Assembly: GCA_040954595.2 (NCBI GenBank)
Contig: CM082580.2
Location: 2,160,783 to 2,224,782, forward strand
DNA length: 64,000 nt
Direction: 5' to 3'
Source of the DNA: Balanoglossus misakiensis
Taxonomy: Eukaryota; Animalia; Hemichordata
The translations under genes were made by a program, and so were the position numbers. Below the pieces are notes generated by a model that saw nothing but the letters and a program-made list of their open reading frames with translations, made no database searches and was not told the origin of the DNA. Positions within the stretch are counted from its first letter, which is position 1, and each line of letters opens with the position of its first letter. Shown piece after piece: positions 1 to 12,240 of this stretch.

Positions 1-2020
1 GAACGCAATCATCGAGGAGCAATGCAGCAAGTTGGGTGTTGAAGCCGTGAAGATCGACCGTAATTTTTCTTTCGGGAGTACTGTGAAAAAACGCTTTCTA
101 GATGGCGACTTTACCTACGTTTTCTCACACCCAGAACATATTCTGCAGCCAGAAGTGTTTGAAGTTTTTAGAAGACCAGTGTGGCAGAAGAAGGTTACCC
201 ACATAGTGATCGACGAGGCACATTGTGTTGTGCAATGGGGTACTGACTTTCGCCCTGATTTCAAACATTTAAAAAACCTCCGGGCAATATTTAATAATGC
301 AAAAGTTTGCGATGACAGCTACTTCTACGATTGAGACACGGGCAGAAATCAGTGAACTACTACTGTTGAAAAACCCGACAATTGTGTCTTCAAACATCGA
401 CAGAAGAAATATCAAATTAATTGTCAGAAAGAGACCTCCAAACTCGGGTGGTAACCATACCGTACAAGCGTCATATGATACGATTTTTCTGCCGCTTATT
501 GAAGAGTTGCAGAATCTTGGGAATGGTTTTCCCAGAACAATTGTATACACCCAACTGAAGTGGTGTGGCTATGCACATGAGCTGGCTCTAAGACCCTGCT
601 TGGATAGCGATCCTCCTTTCCAAGATATTGGGGATATGGTTGCCCAGTTCCATGCATCTTGCACAGATAAGGTAATGCAACTTAGTGTTTGAAGTTACTC
701 TGATAAAATAAAATGTCATTTAGTTTTTGAATACTATTATTTTAAAGGTAGTTTGTAAAACAACTGAAAGTCATTTAATATTATTACTTTAAAGAGTAGA
801 TACATCACTTGAAACATAACAGGTGAAATAATATTTTTGTAAAAAAAATGTTATGTCAATTTTTAGCACCTACATATATGTAAACGACATGTTGTATTTT
901 TTTCAACAGATGAAAAACGAAATTATTGAAGGTATGGCAGCGCCAAACAGTACCCTGAGATTGTTATTTGCCACCGAGGCATATGGTATGGGTGCAGACC
1001 CAGCAGGGGTGAGAAGAGTAATCCATGCCGGTCCACCAAGATCACTAGAGAGTATGTACCAATACCAATTTGTCATATTATTATTATTTTTCTCATTTAA
1101 ATTTTTGCATTTAGAATAACTAAGGTTCCATGTTTGATGGAACGGGGGAAACTGATAAGACAATTTGCAAATATAAAAAACACACAAAATATCATATTAA
1201 ATGATATATTGAGAACTTGTGTCCATTTCTTGTAGGGACAATAAAAGCTGTTACCAAGAATTCATTGTGCTGACCAACAATAATAAACAATGATAATTTT
1301 GAATGTTATGTCAGTTAATTCACAACTAGGAAAAGTACAGTGGTTTATACTTTAAATAACATTTTCTTTTAATTCTCTGTAGCTTATATTCAAGCAATTG
1401 GTCGAGCTGGCAGAGACGGTGAACCTGCTGAGGCTATCCTGCATTATAATGCCTCTGATATTGCAGCAAATGTGAAGGGAATGACGCGCCAGATGAGAGA
1501 TTTCTGTTTGACCGAGAACTGTCGAAGGGAAAATTTAATCCACAATTTTGGACAGCAGTTGTGTGCTCAGTTTACAGACAGTCATGAATGTTGTGACAAT
1601 TGTGCGGTGGCATGTAAATGTCTGGCATGCTTATCCCCAAGTACTCTATCATATGACTGCACCTCAGCTTCTGTACTTGATGGCTGTTGGCAGCCACCAG
1701 AGAATGGTGGCTGTTTGCTGCCATCTGGGAAAGAAACTGTTGCTCAGTTGTGTGATAGTGGAATTGTAGGTACATGTTCTGAAAAAATTTCAATAGTTCA
1801 TGGTTTAATATTGCAATACTTTCATGCAGAAAACTCATGCTTGTCAAATGTACCTTTACCATCACTTGTTACTGGTTTGACACAGGTATTGGCAGAAACA
1901 ATTTCTAATCAATATATTCATTATGCTAATAGCAGAAATATAATCGTTGATTTTCAGTATTTGGATAGAAAGTATGTTGGTAACATTGTATCCATAATAT
2001 CACAAGTAAATCAAAGTTAG
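1..2020 (+). pseudogene. RecQ-like SF2 helicase of AcademH, 5'-partial; exons <1-671, 910-1051, 1383-2020
   Basis: Motifs VIDEAHCVVQWGTDFRP, AMTAT, ATEAYGMG and YIQAIGRAGRDG, plus RQC-type Zn motif CRR..HECCDNC. GT-AG introns keep frame. One frameshift near 305 (NAKV/FAMTAT). Confidence 0.88.
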
Positions 2021-2583
2021 ACAGTGTATAGTACTAGTACTAGTATTTTACCTCTTTTACAAATGTGAGAGATTACATTTATGTTATAAGGGTGTGTCCA
2101 GATTTTACTTCCAGGGGGACCCCGTAGGATTTTTCATTTTCTTTGTAGTTTTTTCTATGCCCCCCCCCAAAAAAAAAAAAAAAAAAAAAAAATTATGAAA
2201 TTAATGGGTGCCCCCACCACTTAATTTTTTTTTTATTCCTTATGCCAGGTACTGTACAAATTTTGCTTTTATATTCATTTTCGGACATGTATCTTGTGTT
2301 TTATTGAAAATAAATTTGCAACACAGAGATGCTAGTTCATGCTATTTGAACTAATTTGATTTTCATTTGAACTTTGTGTGATATTTCTTGGCTAATTACA
2401 TGTAGACCACTGTACTTGCCATGATTTTGACTGACAACTGTAATGTTAAATACCTGATATTGTTTTGTCAAATAAATGTTAAATTTTCTTTAACCTGATT
2501 GCACTCTTTGTTTGTATTATTGATTATTACGGGCCCAAGCCAAGCCAGGCTTGGGCCCGTATTGGTTTCGTTGGGGTTTTTCT

Positions 2584-4536
2584 TTAGGGCCCAAGCGCAA
2601 GCAAGCGCTTGGGCCCTATTGGTTTCGTTGGAATTTTTCTTTCTTTCTTTCTTTCTTTCTTTATTCTTGTGTCAATTCTTCGGCCAACGAGATCTCTGAA
2701 ACTACTGCAGGTACACTTCTCAAACTTGCTACAGTGGTCAAGGTCAATGAGTAGATGTGCAGTGACTTGTGAATACTTAATTAGTCACGTGACCTGGCGG
2801 CCATATTGGATTTTCTGAAAAAATGCAAATCTCAGATCTCAGAAACTACAAGTCAGATCGACTTCAAATTTGGCATGCAGGTAGACTACCTTCTGCCCAT
2901 CATTTTTGTAATCGGAAATTATGCTGTAAAAGTTGCAGTTTTTTTGCTACAATTTTTTTCCTGAAATCTGGCTTAAATTTCAAAAATCTTCTTCTCCAGA
3001 ACCGGTGATAACCGAGACACGCGGTTTGGGGTATGTGGTCACCTAACTGATGTCTATCAAGTTTGCGAAGATCATTGTGATTGGTCGAAGATTATGGCGG
3101 CCATATTGGATTTTCGAAAAACCATAGTTAAACTCCAAAAATCTTATTCTCCAGAACGGTCGATGACTGAGTCGCAAGATTCGGGGAGTATGGTCACTAC
3201 ACTGTTGTCTATCAAATTTGCAAAGAGCATTGTGATTGGTCGAAGATTATGGCGGCCATATTGGATTTTGTAAAAAGCAGTGAAAAATTGAAATTCCTTT
3301 TTCTAGTCTAAAAATTGATAGCATACAAATTCTTTTAATGGATATCAATCGTCATGTGAGTAAAATATGTTACAATTTTTTGGAGATTTTTCACATGACC
3401 TTTGACCTACTTATCACGCATTATTATTTTAGCATATCTAATTCCAGGCTAACCTATAGGGCTAGACGTTTGGTTTTTGATGCATGTGGATTAGTGTGTG
3501 ATCAAAATATTTTGCTACTTTTCATGACCTCTGCTGACCTCATTAATTATGTACATAGCTAATTACGGGCGAACCAATAGAGCTAGAGGTTTGGTTTTTG
3601 TTGGACATGGACCAGTATGGGATCAAAATTGTTTGCCCAAATTTTGGGTGACCTCTGGTGACCTTTGACCTACTTTCGCATATCTCAGCATCCAGAGCAG
3701 ATACAGCCATGACATTTGGCAGGATGGGACCAAAATGTAAAGCCACATTTTTGGGTCACCTGTGACACTTGCTGACCTCATTAAATATGCACATACCTAA
3801 TTACAGGCGAACCAATAGAGCTAGAGTTTTAGTTTTTGTTGGACATGGAACAGTATGGGTCAATAAATTTTGCCCAAATGTTTGGTGACCTCAGGCGACC
3901 TTTGACCTACTTTCGCATATCTCAGCATCCAGAGCAGATACACCCTTGGCATTTGGCAGGATGGGGCCAAAATGTACAGCCACATTTTTGGGTCACCTGT
4001 GACACCTGCTGACCTCATTAAATATGCACATACCTAATTACAGGCGAACCAATAGAGCTAGAGTTTTAGTTTTTGTTGGACATGGAACAGTATGGGTCAA
4101 AAAATTTTGCCCAAATGTTTGGTGCCCTCAGGTGACCTTTGACCTACTTTCGCATATCTCAGCATCCAGAGCAGATACAGCCTTGGCATTTGGCAGGATG
4201 GGACCAAAATGTAAAGCCACATTTTTGGGTCACCAGAGACACCTGCTGACCTCATTAGATATGCACATACCTAATTACAGACGAACCAATAGAGCTAGAG
4301 TTTTGGTTTTTGTTGGACATGGACGAATATGGATAAAAAAAAATTTCCCAAAATTTGGATGACCTCAGGTGACCTTTTACCTACTTTACTCTATTTCTGC
4401 AGCAAAAATACATACGTCCTTGTTATGTCATGAGATAAAAAACCTGATAAAGCATTCTGTTTCTTCTCATTCATACTGTGCATATATAATTCCGGATCAG
4501 CGCTTGGGCCCGACAATGCTGCTTGCAGCTTTAATT
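2584..4536 (+). mobile_element. HINE-like element, inner copy inserted in the outer copy's microsatellite
   Basis: Same 5' subTIR/IR and (CTTT)n tract, a ~237-bp tandem array and 3' GCTTGGGCCCGACAATGCTGCTTGCAGCTTTAATT. The outer copy resumes with CTTTCTTTATTCTT at 4537. Confidence 0.7.
3536..4380. repeat. Tandem array, ~237-bp unit x ~3.5
   Basis: Motif GACCTCATTA..ATG.ACATA.CTAATTAC recurs near 3536, 3774, 4011 and 4248. Confidence 0.9.
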
Positions 4537-5419
4537 CTTTCTTTATTCTTATGTCAATTCTTTGCTCTCCTAGATCTCTGAAACGGCTACAGGTACACTT
4601 CTCAAACTTGCTACAGTGGTCAAGGTCAATGAGTAGATGTGCAGTGGCTTGTGAATATTTAATTAGTCACGTGACCTGGCGGCCATATTGGATTTTCGGA
4701 AAATCTTTAAATGGCTTCTTTTCAAAAACCACAGGGCCAATCAAGTTCAAATTTGGTGTATGGTACACATGTCCTCTGCCCTTCAAAGTTTGACAATAAA
4801 ATCCTGAGCGGTCACGTGACTTTGGCCGCCATATTGGATTTTCGAAAAAGTACAGTAAAATCTTCAAAAATCTTCTTCTCCAGAACCGGCAATAACCGAG
4901 TCATGGGATTTAGGGTATGACATCACCTAACTGATGTCTATTAAGTTTGCGAAGACCGTTGTGATTGGTCGAAGATTATGGCGGCCATATTGGATTTTGT
5001 AAAAAACAGTGAAAATAGAGAAATCATTTTTCTAGTTTAAAAATAGATAGCATACAAATTCTTTTTATGGATATGAGTCGTCATATGACTAGAATATGTT
5101 GCAAATATTTTGGCAATTTTCACCTGACCTTTGACCTACTTTTTTAAGAACCTGCATATATGCATATATAGCTCATACTATGTGTTCTAAATGTACCAGA
5201 GTTCTGATTTTTGTGCACATTGGTATCACCCCTGCCAGGACCTACCCCAAATATTTTGGTAATTTTGGCAATGACCTTTGACCTACTTTGGCACATCGTT
5301 TTTTTCTGCATATCTAATTCCAGGCTAACCTATAGGGCTATCATTTTGGTTTTTGATGTATGTGGATTTGTATGTGATTAAAAAAATTTCGCTACTTTTC
5401 ATGACCCCTTTGACCTCTG

Positions 5420-6270
5420 CTGACCTCACAAAATATGCGCATACCTAATTACAGATGAACCAATAGACCTAGAGGTTTGGTTCTTGTTGGACATGGACCA
5501 GTATGGGGTCAAATTTTTTTGCTCAAATGTTGGGTGACCTCGGGTGACCTTTGACCTATTTTTGCATATCTCGACATCCACAGCAGATACAGCCTTGGCG
5601 TTTGGAGGTATGGGGCCATAATGAAAAGCCAAAGTTTTGGGTCACCTGTGACACCTGCTTAACTCATTATTTATGTGCATACCTAATTCCGGGCTAACCA
5701 AAAGGGCTAGAGGTTTGGTTTTTGTTGGACATGGACCACTATGGGTCAGAATTTTCTGCCCAAATTTTGGGTGACCTCGGATGACCTTTGACCTACTTTT
5801 GCATATCTCGACATCCACAGCAGATACAGCCTTGGCGTTTGGAGGTATGGGGCCATAATGAAAAGCCAAAGTTTTGGGTCACCTGTGACACCTACTTAAC
5901 TCATTATTTATGTGCATACATAATTCCGGGCTAACCAAAAGGGCTAGAGGTCTGGTTTTTGTTGGACATGGACCACTATGGGTCAAAATTTTCTGCCCAA
6001 ATTTTGGGTGACCTCAGATGACCTTTGACCTACATTTGCATATCTCGGCATCCAAAGCAGATACAGCCTTGGCATTTGGAGATATGGGGCCATAATGAAA
6101 AGCCAAAGTTTTGGGTCACCAGTGACACCTGCTTAACTCATTATTTATGTGCATACCTAATTCCGGGCTAACCAAAAGGGCTTGAGGTCTGGTTTTTGTT
6201 GGACATGGACGACTATGGGTCAAAATTTTCTGCCCAAATTGTGGGTGACCTCTGGGAGACCTTTGACCTA
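5420..6270. repeat. Tandem array, ~237-238-bp unit x ~3.5
   Basis: CTCATTATTTATGTGCATAC and GGACATGGAC..CTATGGGTCA recur at ~238-bp spacing; homologous to the 3536-4380 array. Confidence 0.9.
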
Positions 6271-6944
6271 CTTAACACTATATCAGCACCAAACATAGAT
6301 TTAACCTTGATATTTCATGGGATAAAACACAGCATTATGTTTCTACTCATTAATTATGTGCATATCTAATAATCAGATCAGATAATAGAGCTTGGGCCCG
6401 GACAATGCTGCTTGCAGCTTTAATTTAATTCTTAATTTTACATACGCTGCTTTAGAAGATATTGCAACAGAAGAGCTGCCAATGATTGCTTATGAAATGA
6501 TCAATACACATACGTCAAACTTTTGAGAGGTGTTCACAGTTCAGTTTGCCTCTGGTACTTTATGGATTTACGCAGTGAGTGAGATATTCCAATTAATGGA
6601 CAGAGATTTCTAAATTCTTTGGTAAATTATACAAGGGAGACACATTCACGATACTTCCAGTGACTTTCTTAATTTGTCTAAATTTATTCATAAAATTCTG
6701 TACCTTCAACAATACACATAAAAATGGAAATGAAGCCTTTTCATGGGTCTTATTCAAGTTCATCCTCGCTACTGTCTATATGCTTTGGTTTAGACAGAAC
6801 ACCAGTTTGCTTTATATTAGGCTTAGCATATCCTTTGTGGAAAACTTTTGCACACACATTTGACAAGATTTCACAAATCATCTTACTGAAAAGTTGCAAT
6901 TACACACTTAGAAATTAAAGTATTTTACAAATAACAAAATCTCC

Positions 6945-9900
6945 TCAGTTTCCAGTCTCTGTGGCAAATTGAATGATGTATTTATCAATCCAATTATAGA
7001 ACCGGGGTACATCCATTTTATCTTGCATAGAACTATTAACTCTAGAAAAGGAAGGGTGAAGCCTTCCAGGGGTATGATGAAATGGCCTAACCTGCCTTAA
7101 ATCATTAACCATAGCCAATTCATCAGCATGTGCTGAAACCTGTGTATGTTTTTTGGCCCTGACAATAACCCCACTTATTTTATCAAAGTTTTCTGAGATA
7201 CTCTTAACCCCAGCAAGGGCACTTGTTACTCGTTTTATGTTCCTCTCAGTTTTGTTTGAAGCCATTTGTTTCATATTACATTTCACCAACTTTACAATAT
7301 ATTCCATCTGTCTGTCAGTTGGGATAAAACTATTTCTTTGACCTTTTGTGTTGACAAACAAACCATAAAATTCTCTATTGGCCTCTTGTTCTGTCATTAT
7401 GCACAATTGGTGGACTAGAAAACGCAGTATTTCCAGTGCATATTTTGAGTGATTATTATTTACTTTAAAAGTAACCATAGCTAACTTCAAAAGACGAATT
7501 GCTCTATCTCTATCAGGAACTTTACACATATCATTTAAACTCTTAAATAACAACCCTAATTCAAGAACCATGTGTCCATAGTTTTTTACGTAATCTGCTG
7601 GTTGAACTGGAGGTTGTCTTGCCTTGAATAACAAAGCGCATGGTGTTCCATCTGCAAGTCTCACTTGAACGACTTGGCCATCCTCTGAAACATCAAATAA
7701 AAATAAAGAAATAAATGTAAACACTAATGACACGTCAGTCACACTGTTTTTTTGTAATTGGACTCATGGAACTGGATAATTGACCCTTGACCTCTTAAAC
7801 CTAAGGACAGTTAACTGTACATGTCCATTGCCATATTGATGAGGTCACATACTCCTAGCTCAATCCCAAAAAATGTCAGTCTCATATTTTTAAGCACAAA
7901 CATCTACCTAGAACCACTGCTGTAGCAGTTATGGGTGTTCTACAATTAGGTATGATCAGATTGAGGAGATTACATGACCTTTGATGCAAGCACATCAACT
8001 GCATAGTAAGAATTGTTAAGGTTTTAGATGGTCAATGTATGTGTAGAAGCCACGCACACACCTGTAACTGTTTCCTCGTGGGCTTGTCTTTGTTTTGGCC
8101 ATACCATTTGGTTAATAAATTTAACCAATGTTGTCTGCATCCATGTTCTACGCTCCTCTACTGAGCCAAGCGTTGGTGGTGGTACATTTACTGTAGGAAC
8201 ACTATTAGTGTCTTCCATTCCAAAGAATTCCAGCAATGCTTCAGTGATATATGCATCAACAAATGAAACAGTGAAGTCCTCATCAGGATCATAAGCATTC
8301 TTCACATCTTCCTTCACATTTCTTCTCATAATGCGTTGCTGTTCCGAACGCATGGTCCCTAACTCCTGTACGCTGCCATCCTTATACAAAACTTTGAATA
8401 TCAAAGAGAGATAATTCATTTGCATATGGAAAAATTCAAATGTTATGGGACCTAAGTGGCCGAACCTCTCTGCTGTTGTTGCTTCTCGAATCCTGAGTCG
8501 TTTAGCACCAGAAAACCGCTCCCTTGTAAGTTGGTCACCACCTATGTGCACTTTGACATTGTCATCCAGATCAACTCCAGCCTTTCTGTAGATGTCACGT
8601 ACAGTGTCTTCATAAAACTCCAATACATGGACAACATCATTGTAACTTTGTTCATTACAATCCACCAATACCGGAAGAGGTATTACTTTATTTGTCTTGG
8701 CCAATTCAGAGCTGTATTTTCCTAATATGAAGTGTGGTATCACATCTCTGAGGAACTGGAAGCTGGGTAACATTCTTACAGCAACACGGGCAACATGGAT
8801 GACATATTCTTCCTTTATCAGTTGACAATCAATATCACTTGTGAGAAACATTGTGTGATTGGCACACATATAATCATGGAGTGGTTTAGAGTTATCAAGG
8901 TCCTCAAAACCCAACAACTGTACAATTGCAGCTGAAGCGAAATCATGGTGCATCTTCTCATGTCTGTCAATGCGCTCATCTTGAACATTAATTCTGTAAT
9001 TGCAGTTATCTCCGACAAATCTAAAAGATTTACCACTTCTGACAGCATCTATTAACTCTGCATTGAAATGACCACCAACTTCTTCCATGACTGCCTTACT
9101 TTGTGCATAACTCAGACAGATACCAAGTTTCTGAAGTCTATCATATACCTGTCAAATCAATAGAAAAGGGGAAAAAAGAATGATTGAAAATCCTGTCTCT
9201 CTCACTTTCCTTGCTTGTTGCCAGGCCGAGGGACATGATTTCAAAACTCAAATAATTATTTCATGGCTACAGTTACTGATGATAATGTTAAACCTTTCTT
9301 TAAAAATGTTCAGTAAATGAACTGATACCATACAGAGTGATAGTGATCTCACATAATGACTATTATTAGCATGCAATTACTAGAATTATGTTTTACCTTT
9401 TGGTCTGTAAGATGATCCTGTAGTGTCAGACCTACTACTCTCTGCACTCTGCTCAATTCTGGCAGTCTCCCTTGCATAATCATGGCATATATCATCCCAA
9501 TTCGTGGTATCTTGACACGTAATTTCTCAAGTAGGTTTTTGTTTTCGGGGGGAACCATGAATGAGACTAATAGCCGAACAAACTCTGGGAATTTATCGAG
9601 CGCTTCACCTAAAGCCTCATTCCAGGACATAGACTTCAGGCTGTCATAGTCCTTATTCATGAGATAGCTTATCCCATGCTTCCTGTTTCCCATGTTGGAA
9701 GCCATGTTGTTGATTTTCACACACAGGTATTTCAGTACATTGTCTGCAACAGCAGGAATGTCCATGGCTGTTTTTGCCATAGCTTCAGGTGACCTTGTAG
9801 AAATGGCAGATGTTAATGTTTTAACATTGTTATTGGTGAGGTACTGACACGTATCTTTACTTAACAAATCTTTCAGTTTCAGTAAAACACCATCATATTC

Positions 9901-10471
9901 CGTTAGGCTTGTAGTTGAAGATCACTTCTTAGCTGTATTTGCAGAAACAGCCTGCGAAATATCTTTGCAGTATGTATGTTCATTTGTACTCCTGGACGGA
10001 CTTGAATGGTTTCCTGAAACCGCTGCATTTGTGGATGTCACAGTGCTGCCCTGTAGCTGTATGGTTGGTTCCAATGGGCGGATTTCTATATGCCGCCTGC
10101 TGTAAGAGTCTACATCACCGAACAATTTAACGGGGAAAGAGGGGCTGCGAATTGGAATTACCCTGAAATTGCTTTTTGGTTTCCTCTTGGAGCGGTGATT
10201 TGGCACATCGTTTTACTTGACTTAAAGCTGAACGGTATTGACATTGGCATTTCTGCCTAAAATCATTGACCATTTTGTCTATCGTCATCAGGCGCCATTC
10301 ACAGTTTCGGCAGATGTTACCTTCAGTTACATCTATGTCCCCATATTTGAAGATCAACATTTGTAGTCGATTGTTGCCGTAAATTTTCTTTAACCGCTGC
10401 TCACCTTCCCCACAAGCAACACATGTACTTGCGTTGATCTTTACTGGTGTTGTTTTCACGGTCGCAGCCAT
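6945..10471 (-). pseudogene. AcademH transposase (DUF6589-type DDE); exons 10471-9397, 9148-8062, 7684-6945
   Basis: N-terminal CxxC..CxxC, then VYDRLQKLGICLSY, FVGDN, GGDQLTRER, FEFFHMQM and IPTDRQMEY. GT-AG introns. Frameshift near 10130-10200 and an in-frame TGA at 9922-9924. Confidence 0.85.
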
Positions 10472-10519
10472 TTTGGTGTATCATGTGACGTCACTGAACA
10501 GTTGAAGTCATGTGACAGT

Positions 10520-10555
10520 CCGCCATTTTGGTCAGGATCCTGACCAAAATGGCGG
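10520..10555. promoter_or_regulatory. Perfect 36-bp palindrome with two YY1-type AAAATGGCGG sites, upstream of the AcademH transposase
   Basis: CCGCCATTTTGGTCAGGATCCTGACCAAAATGGCGG equals its own reverse complement. A CRE-like TGACGTCA lies near 10486. The regulatory role is inferred. Confidence 0.5.
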
Positions 10556-12240
10556 CCCATACCTGACCCTTCCCTTGAGCAGCGCAGCCAGCGGCGGGGA
10601 TGGGGCAGGGGACCAGACTACGCTGACCTAAAGTTTTACCTTTTGACCCCGTGACCTCGCGCAAAGCGTCATGGGTATCTGGAACTGGAAACGCGCTTAT
10701 AGCGTTGATCGCGATTACTGGTTTCTTACTATATTTAGAAATTCCTAGTGCGCATGTCTGGCGCCATCTTGAAATTCGGACAAACAAATCAGACAACCAT
10801 TGACACCGCGCGCGCTGTGTAACGTGTACCGTCGCCCCGGTTGAGTAAAATCTACCGTCGTTTTTTGCCCCCAAATCGCCTGTTTTTTTAGTTACAATGG
10901 TAGCTACTAAGCACTGTTGTTACGGTGTTTGTAAAAACGACTTCAGATACAGCGATCGTATGAAAAACGTCTTTTTTATATCATTTCCAAAACCATCTCG
11001 AGACTTGCAAAAGGGCAGACGATGGGTTCAGTCCTGCAGACGACAGAAGTTTGGAATCGAAAACGTGACGAAAGATACGTATATTTGTTCGTTACACTTT
11101 GTTGGCGGAAATGGTCCCACAGATGACAATCCGGATCCAATTCCGGCCACATTTACCCCTGAACAGGTAAGTGCAGAGTTGCGATTGACATCTGTGTTTG
11201 TAATATGTAAACATTTGTATGGCGTCAAAATTTATGAACGCGGGAAATTTACGTTAATGTTCAATCAGCTGTGGATTCTTGTACGATTCACTGAATGTTG
11301 ACAATTTTTGTTTGGGATTTTAACTGGGAACCGGAATCAATCTGATGCATGATAGTCAGCATACGTCATATGGATCCCAAAAGAATTAACAAATGCCCTC
11401 CATCCTTTGTAGGCAGAGAAATGTTCACGCAAGCGAAAGCCACCGACACCAAGGATTGAGGCTGCAAAGGCAGGAAGAAGTTAAAGTATGACAGAGAAGA
11501 GGCTGCTGAGGCTCTTCTGCAACTGTCATCAGGTTTGTTTGATTTCTACTACTTACCTGATACAAGAATATTGATTATATCACAATCAATATTCTGTCAT
11601 TGGATGGTGTCAGTGGTAACCTTTTATTAAATCATCATTCATCCAATTTGGTCATTGATTGATATCTTCAGTTTTCTTTGGTCAAACCCTGTTAAGGATC
11701 TATGAGCACGACTACTTTTACTATTGACCTTTTCTCAGTGTCTATCTGTTTTGGTCAAATTTTACTGTAGAAAACAATGGATTTGAAACAGTAGTGTAGA
11801 AACAAAATAGTAAGAGGGACTTGATTTCAACTACATAACATATTTCATTTTTCTATATTTTCAGCTGATGGAAGTGTGCCAGTAGACGGCATCCCCACGT
11901 CCTGTCAGTTTCCCTCATCACCAGATGTTTTGAAATCAGAGCCAGATCAAAAACCAGTGTTGGTGGATAAAGCTACACAGACTGAACATGAAATGGACCC
12001 TGTATACATTCAACTCAAAATTCAAAATATGGTTTTACAAAATGAAATAGCTGACTTGAAATGTAAACAAAATTCTGTTCCCACAGCCAGAACTGATAAA
12101 TATTTCAGGACTGATGATGTAAAAGATAATGATAGAAAATGTAAGTTTTACACAGGTTTGACCTGGCTACAGTTTCTCTGTCTGTGGAACTTTCTTGGAT
12201 CGGCCAGGGAAAAACTCTCGTATTGGAGACACCCTCTTAA

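Larger units (their letters stand above)
2524..6425 (+). mobile_element. Helentron-associated non-autonomous element (HINE/DINE-1-like), outer copy
   Basis: 5' GGGCCCAAGC..GCTTGGGCCC subterminal/inverted repeat, then CTTT tract, a ~238-bp tandem array (5420-6270), 3' GCTTGGGCCC, stem-loop GCTGCTTGCAGC and a T-rich end. Confidence 0.7.
1..10620. mobile_element. AcademH DNA transposon, decayed; left end lies outside the window
   Basis: A convergent RecQ-like helicase (+) and DUF6589-type transposase (-) is the established AcademH architecture. The right terminus ...GGGGACCAGACTA at 10620 (reverse complement TAGTCTGG) matches the TAGTCT ends of the 9-bp-TSD MITE at 13782. Confidence 0.82.

Noticed and set aside
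1-2020. Host RecQ/WRN/BLM gene
   Set aside because: Short C-terminus without HRDC, a frameshift, and pairing with a DUF6589-type transposase and an AcademH terminus.
4024-5869. Repetitive ORFs such as MHIPNYRRTNRARV and MAFHYGPIPPNAK
   Set aside because: Chance frames through HINE tandem arrays.
10491-10874. 127-aa minus-strand ORF
   Set aside because: It spans the junction of two transposon ends, has a non-ATG start and shows no recognisable domain.
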